Source: a virus. Taken from it: DNA of 64,000 nt. Position numbers and translations under genes: made by a program. The stretch spans positions 1 to 64,000 of IMG/VR virus record IMGVR_UViG_3300034158_000007; one strand, written 5' to 3'. Within the stretch, counting starts at the first letter, position 1. Each line of letters begins with the position of its first letter. The notes under the pieces were generated by a model. The model ran no database searches. It saw nothing but the letters and a program-made list of their open reading frames with translations, and was not told the DNA's origin. Of the stretch, positions 43,197-52,869 are shown piece after piece.

Positions 43197-44411
43197 ATGC
43201 CATTACCAATTGTTAACTCCGCAATCCGTGGAGATGCAGGCGCTGTAGGTCGTGACCTAATGGCCACTGTACTGACCGCTGCAAAGTCGATGAGTTCCAT
43301 TAGCTCCCTTGCTGATGTAACCAAACCTTTGCGTGTTGAGCCAATCACCATCATCGATCAGTCTATTGCTGACCAACCTTACATCCAAGACCTGCTCAAG
43401 TTGAGCGTTAGCCTTTATGCCGGTTATTACCTGCAAGCTGTTAACATGGTATTCGGTGTAGGTAAGATCGATACCCTGAAAGTATTCGATACCCTTAACC
43501 CGGAACGTAGTGGCGCATCAGCCCTCGGTTTCGAGAACTTCCGTGCTGCGGTTTATGAACCAAGTACGTACGCTAATGGCATTCCATCTCTGGAAGCATT
43601 TTCCAAGCCTATGCGTCAGGGTCTCATTGCTGAATACTCGGAAGAGAAATATGTAGCCTCTTTGGAATATCATGCTTCTTTGGAAGCTGAAGATCCTAAC
43701 GCCGATAAGCGTGATCAGAAAGGTGGTAAGGAACCAGTTCACAGTATGTCGTCCAGTGATGGCGGCAAAATCTATGAAGCTGAGAACCTGGCTATCGGTA
43801 AACTGGTTAACGTTACTGTTAAGTCGGGCGGTGAAGAAGCTAAGCTCCCAGTGACCATCAAATTGATTCCTGCGGTTGTGCCTTCTGACACAATCACTCA
43901 TATCTTTACTGCTGGTGGACGTGATACTTGGGCGCACCGTCTTTTCCTTGTTAAGTCCGGTCAGATTAAATTCTGGCGTGACTTCGTAATGGGTCAGGAT
44001 ATGATCGATGCCCACATGAAGGCTTTGATGTCGGATCGTACCGGCGTTTATAAGACCATTTTGGATCGTCGTCGTAATAACGTTGCACAAGCTATTGCCT
44101 CGGGTCGACTGAGTCTGGCTGATGCCTCTAACATCGCTATCATTTCTTCGACTACCATGAAGCAATCGGCTAACACTCTCTACGCTAAGATGGATGACAT
44201 CAACGTGCGTAAGAAGTTCTTCGATAACTCGTACCTGTTGATGATGATGACTGTTGATGAGCGTTGGGGTCGTGTGACTATTTATCACCGTGGTGTGGAC
44301 ATGGCTTCTAGCTGGCGCATCGATGACATCAAAGTTGCTGAAAAGAACAAAGGTCAGGATATCACCGAGATCTTCAAAATGTTCAGCAAGCAAATGCACA
44401 CTAACATCTAA
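43197..44411 (+). CDS. Major inner-head protein (gp89-like)
   Basis: 404 aa; several S-L-E motifs around residues 130-165; synteny. Confidence 0.7.
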   Translation: MPLPIVNSAIRGDAGAVGRDLMATVLTAAKSMSSISSLADVTKPLRVEPITIIDQSIADQPYIQDLLKLSVSLYAGYYLQAVNMVFGVGKIDTLKVFDTLNPERSGASALGFENFRAAVYEPSTYANGIPSLEAFSKPMRQGLIAEYSEEKYVASLEYHASLEAEDPNADKRDQKGGKEPVHSMSSSDGGKIYEAENLAIGKLVNVTVKSGGEEAKLPVTIKLIPAVVPSDTITHIFTAGGRDTWAHRLFLVKSGQIKFWRDFVMGQDMIDAHMKALMSDRTGVYKTILDRRRNNVAQAIASGRLSLADASNIAIISSTTMKQSANTLYAKMDDINVRKKFFDNSYLLMMMTVDERWGRVTIYHRGVDMASSWRIDDIKVAEKNKGQDITEIFKMFSKQMHTNI

Positions 44412-44423
44412 GGACGCCCAACG

Positions 44424-45314
44424 ATGAGTATTCTCGCCTTTATCGAATCCATGCCAGCCGTCATGGAACGCCGTAGCATCCTTGCGGTACTGGAACAACT
44501 GAAGATGGAGTACGACGATACAGTCGCTCCATTCATTGACGATGTACGTTCAGCCTTTAGTGGGGTGGACTTCAAATCGAACTTGATGAAACGCATGGAC
44601 ACCGTAACCCGGCGCTATGTAAGTTTCCAAGGTAACTCGTTTAACCTGATCCTGAACAACCTGTCTAACCTGCGCAATGCTTTCCCGATCATCGAGAAAG
44701 ACGTACGTACTGCATTCAGTGTTCAGTTCACCAACACCAACATGTCCTTCGAGCGTGCTAACGTTCTGAAGTTCATCGAAGCTCTGGCCTTCTACATCCG
44801 CTACGGTCGTAAGTTCATGCTGTTCGCTATTGCTCAAGAAGCACTGGCGGTTGGTAAAGCTACTCCACCAAAGTGGTCAGCTGCTGAATCCGAATGGGTT
44901 GATGAGAACATGGACCAGTTCGCTGGTTTGTACGTTACCATGTCCCTGCCACCAGAACAGTTTAAAGCTCGTCTTCAGAAGGCATCGAATGCCGTCGTTG
45001 ACTCTGCTACCTTTGCTATCGCACAGCAGTCGCTGGGTGTGCAGAAGACTGACCCTCTGGAAATGGATGGTTTCTCCCCACGTCAGAACTTCCTGATGAT
45101 GGCGGGTAAGTTCCTGGCCGAGATGCAGGTAAGTCGCTACCACGAAGCTAAGGAAGAGTTCTATGGTCTGCAACTGCGACTGAACGAACTTCAAGAGCTG
45201 CAACGTGGCGAGCAGGCTAACCCAGTTATCCAAAAACAGATCCAAGCATACGAGAAACGAATCTCTGAATACGCGTACGAGATGCGTCGCATTGAAGAGA
45301 AGGCCGGTCTCTAA
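44424..45314 (+). CDS. Major inner-head protein (gp90-like)
   Basis: 296 aa helical/coiled-coil; AAGGA SD; synteny. Confidence 0.7.
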   Translation: MSILAFIESMPAVMERRSILAVLEQLKMEYDDTVAPFIDDVRSAFSGVDFKSNLMKRMDTVTRRYVSFQGNSFNLILNNLSNLRNAFPIIEKDVRTAFSVQFTNTNMSFERANVLKFIEALAFYIRYGRKFMLFAIAQEALAVGKATPPKWSAAESEWVDENMDQFAGLYVTMSLPPEQFKARLQKASNAVVDSATFAIAQQSLGVQKTDPLEMDGFSPRQNFLMMAGKFLAEMQVSRYHEAKEEFYGLQLRLNELQELQRGEQANPVIQKQIQAYEKRISEYAYEMRRIEEKAGL

Positions 45315-45323
45315 GGGGGACAC

Positions 45324-45857
45324 ATGTCGAATATTGCTGTAAGACCGTTCCCTGAGAACCGTGACTACTCCGGTGGTCAAGCCAAAGCCAGTCGTCGGTT
45401 TGAGATGCGCATTGGTGACCCACGTGTACACAGCCTGTTCGTGGAGTTTACCAACTTCCCTAAACAAGCTATCACATGGGACTTCCAGAAACGTGTGATC
45501 GAACTAGCGCAAGATCTCTTCGCTGGTGAATATAGCTGGTTCATTCGTCAAGACGCTAACGCACTCTTGAAGGATCAGAACTACGCATTCGTACTCGACA
45601 CCATTCGATACATTGCAACTGGTCATCGTAAGTTTAGCATCCACACGTGGCCTGCTCTACTGACCTACGAAGTTCCAGTGATTACCGAATCGGTTGAAGG
45701 TCGTCGTGATATCTATTTCCTGATGCAGAAACTGACGGTGCCTACTCAGGCCGATAAGTTCATTGCACAGTGGTTGTCCCACAAAGACGGCTTTAATGAT
45801 CTCATGTACTCGCTGCACATGTTGTTTGGCAACGTGCCAGAGAAAGTGAACACTTAA
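45324..45857 (+). CDS. Putative virion protein (gp91-like)
   Basis: 177 aa; GGGG SD; synteny. Confidence 0.65.
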   Translation: MSNIAVRPFPENRDYSGGQAKASRRFEMRIGDPRVHSLFVEFTNFPKQAITWDFQKRVIELAQDLFAGEYSWFIRQDANALLKDQNYAFVLDTIRYIATGHRKFSIHTWPALLTYEVPVITESVEGRRDIYFLMQKLTVPTQADKFIAQWLSHKDGFNDLMYSLHMLFGNVPEKVNT

Positions 45858-45866
45858 GGAGGGATA

Positions 45867-47156
45867 ATGGTTAATTCAATTAGCCAATCCCAGCCTACTA
45901 ATCTCGGCGGGGTAACACCTGCCGATTTTAACGTCTTGTCCAATGAGTATTTTCAAGAGCTAGATTCCCAGAGTGAAAACATGGGTAAACTGGTTAAGGA
46001 AATGGCATCGCTTGAGCAACTGATGACTTACCTTGAAGAGGGTGACCCACAGTTGTTTGGTCTTGCTCTCGAGCAGTTCGAACTCACACAGGTGATATCC
46101 TCAGAGGACGTCAATCGTGCGGCAATGCAGGCTTGGGATCGTGTAAAGATTAATTTGCGTCGATTCCAGAGTGACCTCTTTGGTTATGCCAAGGTGATTC
46201 AATCTGGAGCCGATCGACTGGTGGAACGTCTTGAGATGTTAATGAAGATGGCTGAGAAAGCCAACTCTAAACCTTTCAAGGAAGAGATCACTTTGAAGAA
46301 GACTGCGAAGTTTTCGGTCAATGGCGGGTTTCAACCTAAAGACATTCGTCCCGTGTTGGAAGACACTAACAATATCTACGACTTCTATGACAAGGTTCTT
46401 TTGAACTACATGAAGCAGATCGATAAGCTCTTGCAGACTGTCGAGATGGACCAAACGTGGACAGACGAATCGGTAATGCGATTTGAGTTGTTTACTGCTG
46501 GCAAGTGGATGAAGAACTTCAAACCTTTGGAAGAACCAGACGATCGGTTCCGAGCATCTGCTTACGTAGTTCGAGGGATTACTGCTCAAGGGGAAAGGGC
46601 ATTGTATTACTCAGGGCCACCTGAGACTAAGACCGAGGATATTAAAGACTGGGGTTATTTCATTAACACTATTCGGACTATCCGTTTTCGTTACATCAAG
46701 ATTCCTAACCAAACACCGGTTAACGAATCAGACGACACCGTTAAGGTAGACGGTGCTTCAACTATCCGTCAGCGTATTGGTTATCTACTGGGTATTGCTA
46801 AACGCATTGCTGCCCGTAAAGGGTACGACCAGAAGATCTCTGCTGAGTTGAGGAAGATCGAACGCAGTGCTGATAAGATCCGTAATGCCGCTCGTCAAAT
46901 GCGTACACAGTTAGACCGTCGCACAGCTGAGGAAGAAACCGATCAAGGTCGACCTTCGGTATCCGATATTGTTAAGGACCTAACCACCATTATGACCAGT
47001 ACGATGAGACTAGTGAACGAGTTCAATAACTCCATCGCTGGACAACTCCGATTGGTAGGGGCATTAGGATTCGTGTCTGACCTTGAGCTGCAAGCCTATG
47101 AGGCGCCGCTTGAGAAACCGAAAGAAGAAGTACAAGAGAAACTCGACCAGAACTAG
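45867..47156 (+). CDS. Virion head protein (gp92-like)
   Basis: 429 aa; ASLE, LALE and ISSE candidate cleavage motifs. Confidence 0.65.
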   Translation: MVNSISQSQPTNLGGVTPADFNVLSNEYFQELDSQSENMGKLVKEMASLEQLMTYLEEGDPQLFGLALEQFELTQVISSEDVNRAAMQAWDRVKINLRRFQSDLFGYAKVIQSGADRLVERLEMLMKMAEKANSKPFKEEITLKKTAKFSVNGGFQPKDIRPVLEDTNNIYDFYDKVLLNYMKQIDKLLQTVEMDQTWTDESVMRFELFTAGKWMKNFKPLEEPDDRFRASAYVVRGITAQGERALYYSGPPETKTEDIKDWGYFINTIRTIRFRYIKIPNQTPVNESDDTVKVDGASTIRQRIGYLLGIAKRIAARKGYDQKISAELRKIERSADKIRNAARQMRTQLDRRTAEEETDQGRPSVSDIVKDLTTIMTSTMRLVNEFNNSIAGQLRLVGALGFVSDLELQAYEAPLEKPKEEVQEKLDQN

Positions 47157-47161
47157 CCCAG

Positions 47162-47187
47162 TGGGAACCTACGTGGTTCCCATTATG
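47162..47187 (+). terminator. Stem-loop ending in TTATG
   Basis: TGGGAACC-TACGT-GGTTCCCA-TTATG. Confidence 0.65.
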
Positions 47188-47222
47188 CTATGTTATTCTA
47201 ATTCCTCATAGAGAGAACAAAC

Positions 47223-49112
47223 ATGTCCCTGTTCAACCTAAGTTTGCACGCAAGCAAAGAAGACTTTGCTGATTCGCATGAGCCTGTCAATGACGGCGTA
47301 AAAGAAGTACCGAATGCTCAGACCATCGCAGCCAGTGTTAAATCTGGTTCTGCTGATACTGACACAAACAACGCTGGTGAAGCCAAGATCATCCCTGAGA
47401 AACCAGACACCGACGACGCTACCGAGAAACAACATGACACGGTTGCAGAGTCTGCTGAGAAAGGCGCCACTAAACCGGCAGCTGCATCTACTGAGGAACC
47501 GGCTCAAAAGCCAACCACCGATACCATCGACAAGAAAGCTCCTCCTTTCGTAAAGAAAGATGAAGCTGCTGATGAGACCGCTGAAGCTGATAAGCCTAAG
47601 CCTGTGGATGCACCGCTTGAGCACGAAACTAAAGAAGCCGCTGAAGACGAGAAGAAGAAGACCGAGAAAGTAACGGAGTCTTTGGAAGGTTACCTGACTC
47701 ACGCTAGTCGTTTCGATATCGTAGGCTACCCTAAGGCCGATCGTGAGAAACTGCAACAGCGTATGAACTGGGTTGCTCGTCGTACCGGCAACGCCACTAA
47801 CGTAACCATCTCTGCTGAGTCTATCGGTGTATTGGTTGAAGCTGGTAAGGCTCGTGTTACCGCGCTCGATAAAGAAGTGCGTCAGCATGATAAACGTAAA
47901 GCGGGTCTGGAAGAGTTCACCGACTTGGTCGTTCAATCGGCTAACGAACCCGTAGCTGAGACTTCGATTGATAACCTCAATCCTGAAGCTGCCGCAGGTT
48001 TGACTGAACAACAGATCGATCCATTGGATGTGGGTATCACCAGCATTAACCAAGTTCAAGAAGCTATTCAGACTTTGCAAGAAGGTCAGGTGGCCATCGA
48101 ACAGTACGTTCAACTGGTCCGTAATTCTGGTCGTATTTCTAAACAAGCTGCCGCTGTATTGCATGCTGGGTTGGAACACATCGATCGTAAGTGTGGGTTG
48201 AAAGTTCGTGCTACCGGTATGGAGGGTTACGACACTACCCCACGTGCGGCTATGGAAGATGCTGAGGTTAATGAGAAAACTCTTCTGTCTCGTGCCGGTG
48301 AGATTGGTGCTAAGATTCTTCAGTTCCTGCGTCAGTTATATGACAAAGCTACCAACGTGTGGCACAAGTTCAATAACAACCTGTCTACGCTTCAAAACAA
48401 TATTGAAGCTACACTTGAAAAGGTTAAGGGCTTGGACGAGAGTCGTCGTGATGGCGGACCCATTACAGTGAAGGCTAGTCCTGAACTGTTTATCGGGACT
48501 GATTTCATCGGCCTTGAAATGACCCGTGAAGAGTGGGATGGTTTGAGTCTGCTGCAATCCACACAGACCAAGGCATTTAAGGAACTGGTTAAACCGGCTC
48601 TGGCCCTGATTAAAAGTCAAGGTATCAGTGAAGACACCGAACAAGCTATCATTCAGATGTCCGATGACTACACGCGCAACAACCATAAAGAATTACCTTT
48701 GCCTGGTAACTGGACCCTGACTCAAGCTGGCGCAGCTGTAGACTATGCTTACGGTACCGGTGCTAATCACAGTGATACCGTTGAAGTCGATATCCCTACA
48801 AAGGGTGAGCTGACTAAACTGCTCGGCGACCTCACTAAGTACGTGACTGCACTCAGCGATGAATCGGTAATGAATACCCTGAAACAGCTGGAACGTGAAG
48901 TAACCACGACTCTGGCTGGTGCACGTAAGGGTGAGTACGATGAGATCACTTTCCAGAAGCTTCAGAACGCTGTAATTTCTGATCTGGTTAAACCACTGAG
49001 CCTCGACAAGTATTTCACCGTGATTCGTCACCTGGCTGGTACAGCTGGTAAGAAGGTGGTGTTGATCGAACAGCTTACCAAGAACTTCTATGGTGGCCGT
49101 CAAGCCGAGTAA
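47223..49112 (+). CDS. phiKZ internal head protein family member (gp93/94/95-like)
   Basis: Charged disordered N-terminus; ESLE, ISAE, AGLE and GME motifs; HAGLEHI...GMEGY family motif. Confidence 0.75.
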   Translation: MSLFNLSLHASKEDFADSHEPVNDGVKEVPNAQTIAASVKSGSADTDTNNAGEAKIIPEKPDTDDATEKQHDTVAESAEKGATKPAAASTEEPAQKPTTDTIDKKAPPFVKKDEAADETAEADKPKPVDAPLEHETKEAAEDEKKKTEKVTESLEGYLTHASRFDIVGYPKADREKLQQRMNWVARRTGNATNVTISAESIGVLVEAGKARVTALDKEVRQHDKRKAGLEEFTDLVVQSANEPVAETSIDNLNPEAAAGLTEQQIDPLDVGITSINQVQEAIQTLQEGQVAIEQYVQLVRNSGRISKQAAAVLHAGLEHIDRKCGLKVRATGMEGYDTTPRAAMEDAEVNEKTLLSRAGEIGAKILQFLRQLYDKATNVWHKFNNNLSTLQNNIEATLEKVKGLDESRRDGGPITVKASPELFIGTDFIGLEMTREEWDGLSLLQSTQTKAFKELVKPALALIKSQGISEDTEQAIIQMSDDYTRNNHKELPLPGNWTLTQAGAAVDYAYGTGANHSDTVEVDIPTKGELTKLLGDLTKYVTALSDESVMNTLKQLEREVTTTLAGARKGEYDEITFQKLQNAVISDLVKPLSLDKYFTVIRHLAGTAGKKVVLIEQLTKNFYGGRQAE

Positions 49113-49120
49113 CCGTAAAT

Positions 49121-49138
49121 TGGGGAGTTAGCTCCCCA
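49121..49138 (+). terminator. Stem-loop
   Basis: TGGGGAG-TTAG-CTCCCCA. Confidence 0.55.
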
Positions 49139-49161
49139 TTCCATTTCGTAAAGGGTAAGTT

Positions 49162-50322
49162 ATGACTGACCAAACACGCGAACACCACGGCAATCCAGAT
49201 GCCGAGCCTGGTGATGTCAAAGATACACACGCCTATGACGAGAACATTGTTCAAGATACCGTCATGGAGGTGCACGAATTAATGGGGTTGCGTACAGCGA
49301 TTGAAAACTATCGTGATCAAGTAGTTGCCGCTGGTCGTGATGGCCTTGACCCATTGGCTAAATCCATTATGCAGGTTAACCTGCGTCAGATCGGATTGGG
49401 TAGTAATCGGTATGGCCTTGAGGCTTTCGGTGAGGATGGTATCCCATCGGTAGAAGACTTCAAAGAAACACTGGACGGAATCGGTGCTAAGATCATGGCT
49501 TTCATCGAAAAGCTGATCGCCCACGCTAAAGTCGTAGGTGCTAAGATCATGTCTGGTATTAGTAGTGTTACTACTAAAGCTGAAGAACTGATCGACAAAG
49601 CACGGACTCGGGGCACTCGGGCGTCCACTGAACTTCACGGTGATGAACAAGAAGTCACCATTAACTCACCTGGCCTGCTATTTGCAGACGGCGAGTTCTG
49701 TATCGATGACTGTCGTTCTGAGCAAGAAGTAATCAAGTTCTTTATCAACACTTGGCCTAAGTATGCTGTCCAGCAAATCGAACGTGCCAAGAAGATGATT
49801 ACCGAATACGATGTTGAGTCGGGTAATTCTGAGAACTTCACGGCTAACTCTGAATTCATCGGTAACCACCAATCGTTGGCTGACACACTGGCTGGGCGTA
49901 TCCTACCGGGTAATAAAGAGATCACATTTAAATATGTAGCTCTCGGACCCGAATTGGTTAACGCTGAGAATGCTCAGGCTGCACCAGATGCCTACACCTA
50001 CACCGTACGTACTAATGCCGAGATCCAGGGTACTCTTCGTAAGAACATTGCCTCCATGAATGCATTGGGTAAGATGTTCAGCGAAGAAGCTGATATCTAT
50101 CGTCACATGGGTACACTGTCTAAGGCCGTTGGTGATCTGGAAGGTCGTCGTGGGGAAACCGTTTGGAAATCTGCACGTGAAGACCTTGATGCCATCTCAA
50201 CTATGATGATGGATCTGATCGTTCGACTCAAGCCTAACTATGAACCAATCGTTTCGTATTTGGGTAAAGTAGGTGCCGCGCGTAACGCTGCGTGTCAACA
50301 AGAACTTAATGCGTCACGCTAA
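49162..50322 (+). CDS. phiKZ internal head protein family member
   Basis: YGLEAF and PSVEDF motifs followed by the GIGAKIMAFIEKLI helix. Confidence 0.75.
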   Translation: MTDQTREHHGNPDAEPGDVKDTHAYDENIVQDTVMEVHELMGLRTAIENYRDQVVAAGRDGLDPLAKSIMQVNLRQIGLGSNRYGLEAFGEDGIPSVEDFKETLDGIGAKIMAFIEKLIAHAKVVGAKIMSGISSVTTKAEELIDKARTRGTRASTELHGDEQEVTINSPGLLFADGEFCIDDCRSEQEVIKFFINTWPKYAVQQIERAKKMITEYDVESGNSENFTANSEFIGNHQSLADTLAGRILPGNKEITFKYVALGPELVNAENAQAAPDAYTYTVRTNAEIQGTLRKNIASMNALGKMFSEEADIYRHMGTLSKAVGDLEGRRGETVWKSAREDLDAISTMMMDLIVRLKPNYEPIVSYLGKVGAARNAACQQELNASR

Positions 50323-50351
50323 TCCTATAGCTCTCTATAAAGGAAACGAAT

Positions 50352-51677
50352 ATGAGTATCTTACAAGCTGCACTCGCCGACTCCGGCGTTAGCGTTGAAG
50401 ACTTCCAAGCCATCCCGGTTGAAGCCTCCATCGAAGAACCTCTTTTGCCGATCGATGCTGTTGCAGTTGATCAACCTTCTGTCAGTATCCCACTCACTGA
50501 ATCCGTTGTTGTTGAAGAACCGGGTGATGTTGTTGAAGGCGTGCCGATCATGAAACTCGGTGACACCACCGAACCAGCTATTGACAATGTCAATGCTGAA
50601 CATGATGCCATTCAAGATAAAGCCGATCAGCTGATTGCATTGCAAACCGCAATGGAGCGCTACGAAGGTCTTATCCGTCGCGCAGGCTTTAATGGTATCA
50701 GCAATCAAACTGCTGAAGCCATCCAAGTTCACATCCAGTTGAGTCAGGCTGTCCTTGGGGTCTCTACTAAGATCGGTTCTATGGAATCGTTTACAGCTAA
50801 GGGTCCTGAGCAACAACACGAACTCGCCACTGTAACACTTGAGTCTGTACGTGAGATGGCTCAAAGCGCCGCTAATTCTTTTATCGCCGCTATCGAGAAG
50901 ATCCTTGAGTTCATCAAGCGTCTGGGTATGAACCTATTCGATGGTATCATTCAGACTGAACGAGCAATCGATCAATTGGATCGTGAACTCAAAGCGTCTA
51001 AGGTACTGGGTGTTGAATCCGATACGTATACCGTTCAAGGTTCTGCTGGTATCTTGGTGGGTGAAGACGGTCAACTGGTTAAAGGCGTACCACCTAATGT
51101 GGCCATGCTGGTTCAGTTTACAGTCGTGGACTACCCACAACGTGTTAGCCGCTTCTTCGATGAGGCTGCTAAGATCTTGGCGACTGCTAATAAAGAGTCT
51201 GATGATCTTACCGAGATTCTGGAACGTCTGGACAATGCCACTAAGCCACTCGCTGACATGATCGAGCACAAGTCGGATACCGATGATCTTCCAGGTCATT
51301 ACAGTCTGGATGTATCTGAAGGTGGTCTGTCCTTTGGTCTTAAGCACAATGATTCTAATACCACTTACGCCAAGACTGCTCGTATCGGTACGACCAAAGA
51401 ACTTCGTGACCAAGTGCGTCAGATGAAGTCTGTGGTTGAAGTACTCAAGAAGATCCGCCCAGAAGCTGAGAAGATCTCCACGTCCGGTAAGAAACTTCTG
51501 GCCGCTGCTAAAACCAACGGTAATGAGGAGTTGCTGAATAAAGCTGCTGTCTACATCCATCAAGCTAACCCACGGGTTGGTGAGGTGATTGACTACGTGG
51601 TTAAGTTCCTCAAAGCGCAGTGTGTTGAAATCAAAGCACAGATGACATCCGTTTCTAAACCAGCTGCCAAAGAATAA
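50352..51677 (+). CDS. phiKZ internal head protein family member
   Basis: VSVE, GSME and VTLE motifs; FIAAIEKILEFIKRL helix. Confidence 0.75.
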   Translation: MSILQAALADSGVSVEDFQAIPVEASIEEPLLPIDAVAVDQPSVSIPLTESVVVEEPGDVVEGVPIMKLGDTTEPAIDNVNAEHDAIQDKADQLIALQTAMERYEGLIRRAGFNGISNQTAEAIQVHIQLSQAVLGVSTKIGSMESFTAKGPEQQHELATVTLESVREMAQSAANSFIAAIEKILEFIKRLGMNLFDGIIQTERAIDQLDRELKASKVLGVESDTYTVQGSAGILVGEDGQLVKGVPPNVAMLVQFTVVDYPQRVSRFFDEAAKILATANKESDDLTEILERLDNATKPLADMIEHKSDTDDLPGHYSLDVSEGGLSFGLKHNDSNTTYAKTARIGTTKELRDQVRQMKSVVEVLKKIRPEAEKISTSGKKLLAAAKTNGNEELLNKAAVYIHQANPRVGEVIDYVVKFLKAQCVEIKAQMTSVSKPAAKE

Positions 51678-51682
51678 CTACT

Positions 51683-51712
51683 AACGGGGCACTTCGGTGC
51701 TCCGTTTTATTT
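51683..51712 (+). terminator. Intrinsic terminator
   Basis: AACGGGGCAC-TTCG-GTGCTCCGTT-TTATTT. Confidence 0.75.
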
Positions 51713-51722
51713 AGGAGGCGTC

Positions 51723-52766
51723 ATGATCGATACACTCGAACAAGACGAAACGATTTACCATAAGCTCACTCAGTTAATAGCCGGGTTGGAGTATTACGAT
51801 AATCCAAAGCATGTTAGTCCTCGTGGATTGTCTCTAAGCCTTGAAGCGGATGATTCAGGTTTTCTCGCTCGACTGATTGATGGGTTGATTAAGTTCTTGA
51901 TTCGAATGATCGAAGACTTGACTGAAGGTTCCACGGCTATCAGCCTTAACCTCAATCGTATCGTCACCCGCGCAGAGAACATTAACACCGCATCCCGTGC
52001 GACTCGACGTGTTAACAAGGATGGGAAGTTTAAGATTGAAACCCGTATTCCTAACCTCTGTGTTAACTTCAAAGTCATCAATGACCCACAACGTATTCTG
52101 ATGTACCTGAAGTCTGTAGACGTAATTGTCCGCAAGTACTTCCGTTATCAAGAAGACGACCTCATGCGGGTAATCCCGATTATCACACGGTTGAATCCGG
52201 GTGGTGTGGGTGACCTTGATCAGTTGATTGCAGTCCTTAATAATGTCAGTCCTTTTGCATTTGCAACCGGTGCAGGCTTTAGTGATGATGGTCCACGTAT
52301 GACCGGTCCTCACCTATTGGGTAATCAACAACTGATCGTAATCAGTAAGACCCCCAATGGTGATCCAGTAGAACGCTTAATAGGTCAGGAGTTTGTACTG
52401 CAACCATCTGACACTGAACCAAAAGCTCCGCCAGAGTTCATCGAGTTTGATGTGTTCGCTCGAACCATAGAACAAAGCATCTTGAGGCAGGTCATCACCA
52501 CCGCCAGTGAGCTGGCTACACGTATCGGTATGCTGGCCCGTATGCGCCGTCATAACCGCGTGAAAGAGATCGTGAGCTTTCTGGAAGTAATCCGTAATGA
52601 CATCATCGCAGGTAAGTACGAGGGTGAGTCGTTACAGAACGCCACAGCGTTTATTCAACTACTTGAAGCTTTCGATAACTGGTTGGTTAATCCCTATTTG
52701 AACCTACTCGCACTGAGCTGCCGCAATATGTCGGCTATCTTGAACGTGTGTGAAGCGAACAACTAA
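51723..52766 (+). CDS. Virion head protein (gp96-like)
   Basis: AGGAGG SD; AGLE and LSLE motifs then a hydrophobic amphipathic helix. Confidence 0.7.
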   Translation: MIDTLEQDETIYHKLTQLIAGLEYYDNPKHVSPRGLSLSLEADDSGFLARLIDGLIKFLIRMIEDLTEGSTAISLNLNRIVTRAENINTASRATRRVNKDGKFKIETRIPNLCVNFKVINDPQRILMYLKSVDVIVRKYFRYQEDDLMRVIPIITRLNPGGVGDLDQLIAVLNNVSPFAFATGAGFSDDGPRMTGPHLLGNQQLIVISKTPNGDPVERLIGQEFVLQPSDTEPKAPPEFIEFDVFARTIEQSILRQVITTASELATRIGMLARMRRHNRVKEIVSFLEVIRNDIIAGKYEGESLQNATAFIQLLEAFDNWLVNPYLNLLALSCRNMSAILNVCEANN

Positions 52767-52869
52767 CTCGGACTATGCTGACTTATTATCTGATAGTATC
52801 ATTCGTCCCGTGGTTAGGTGGAGGACGAACCGTCTAACCACAAACAGCAATACTAAAAAGGTAAACAAC

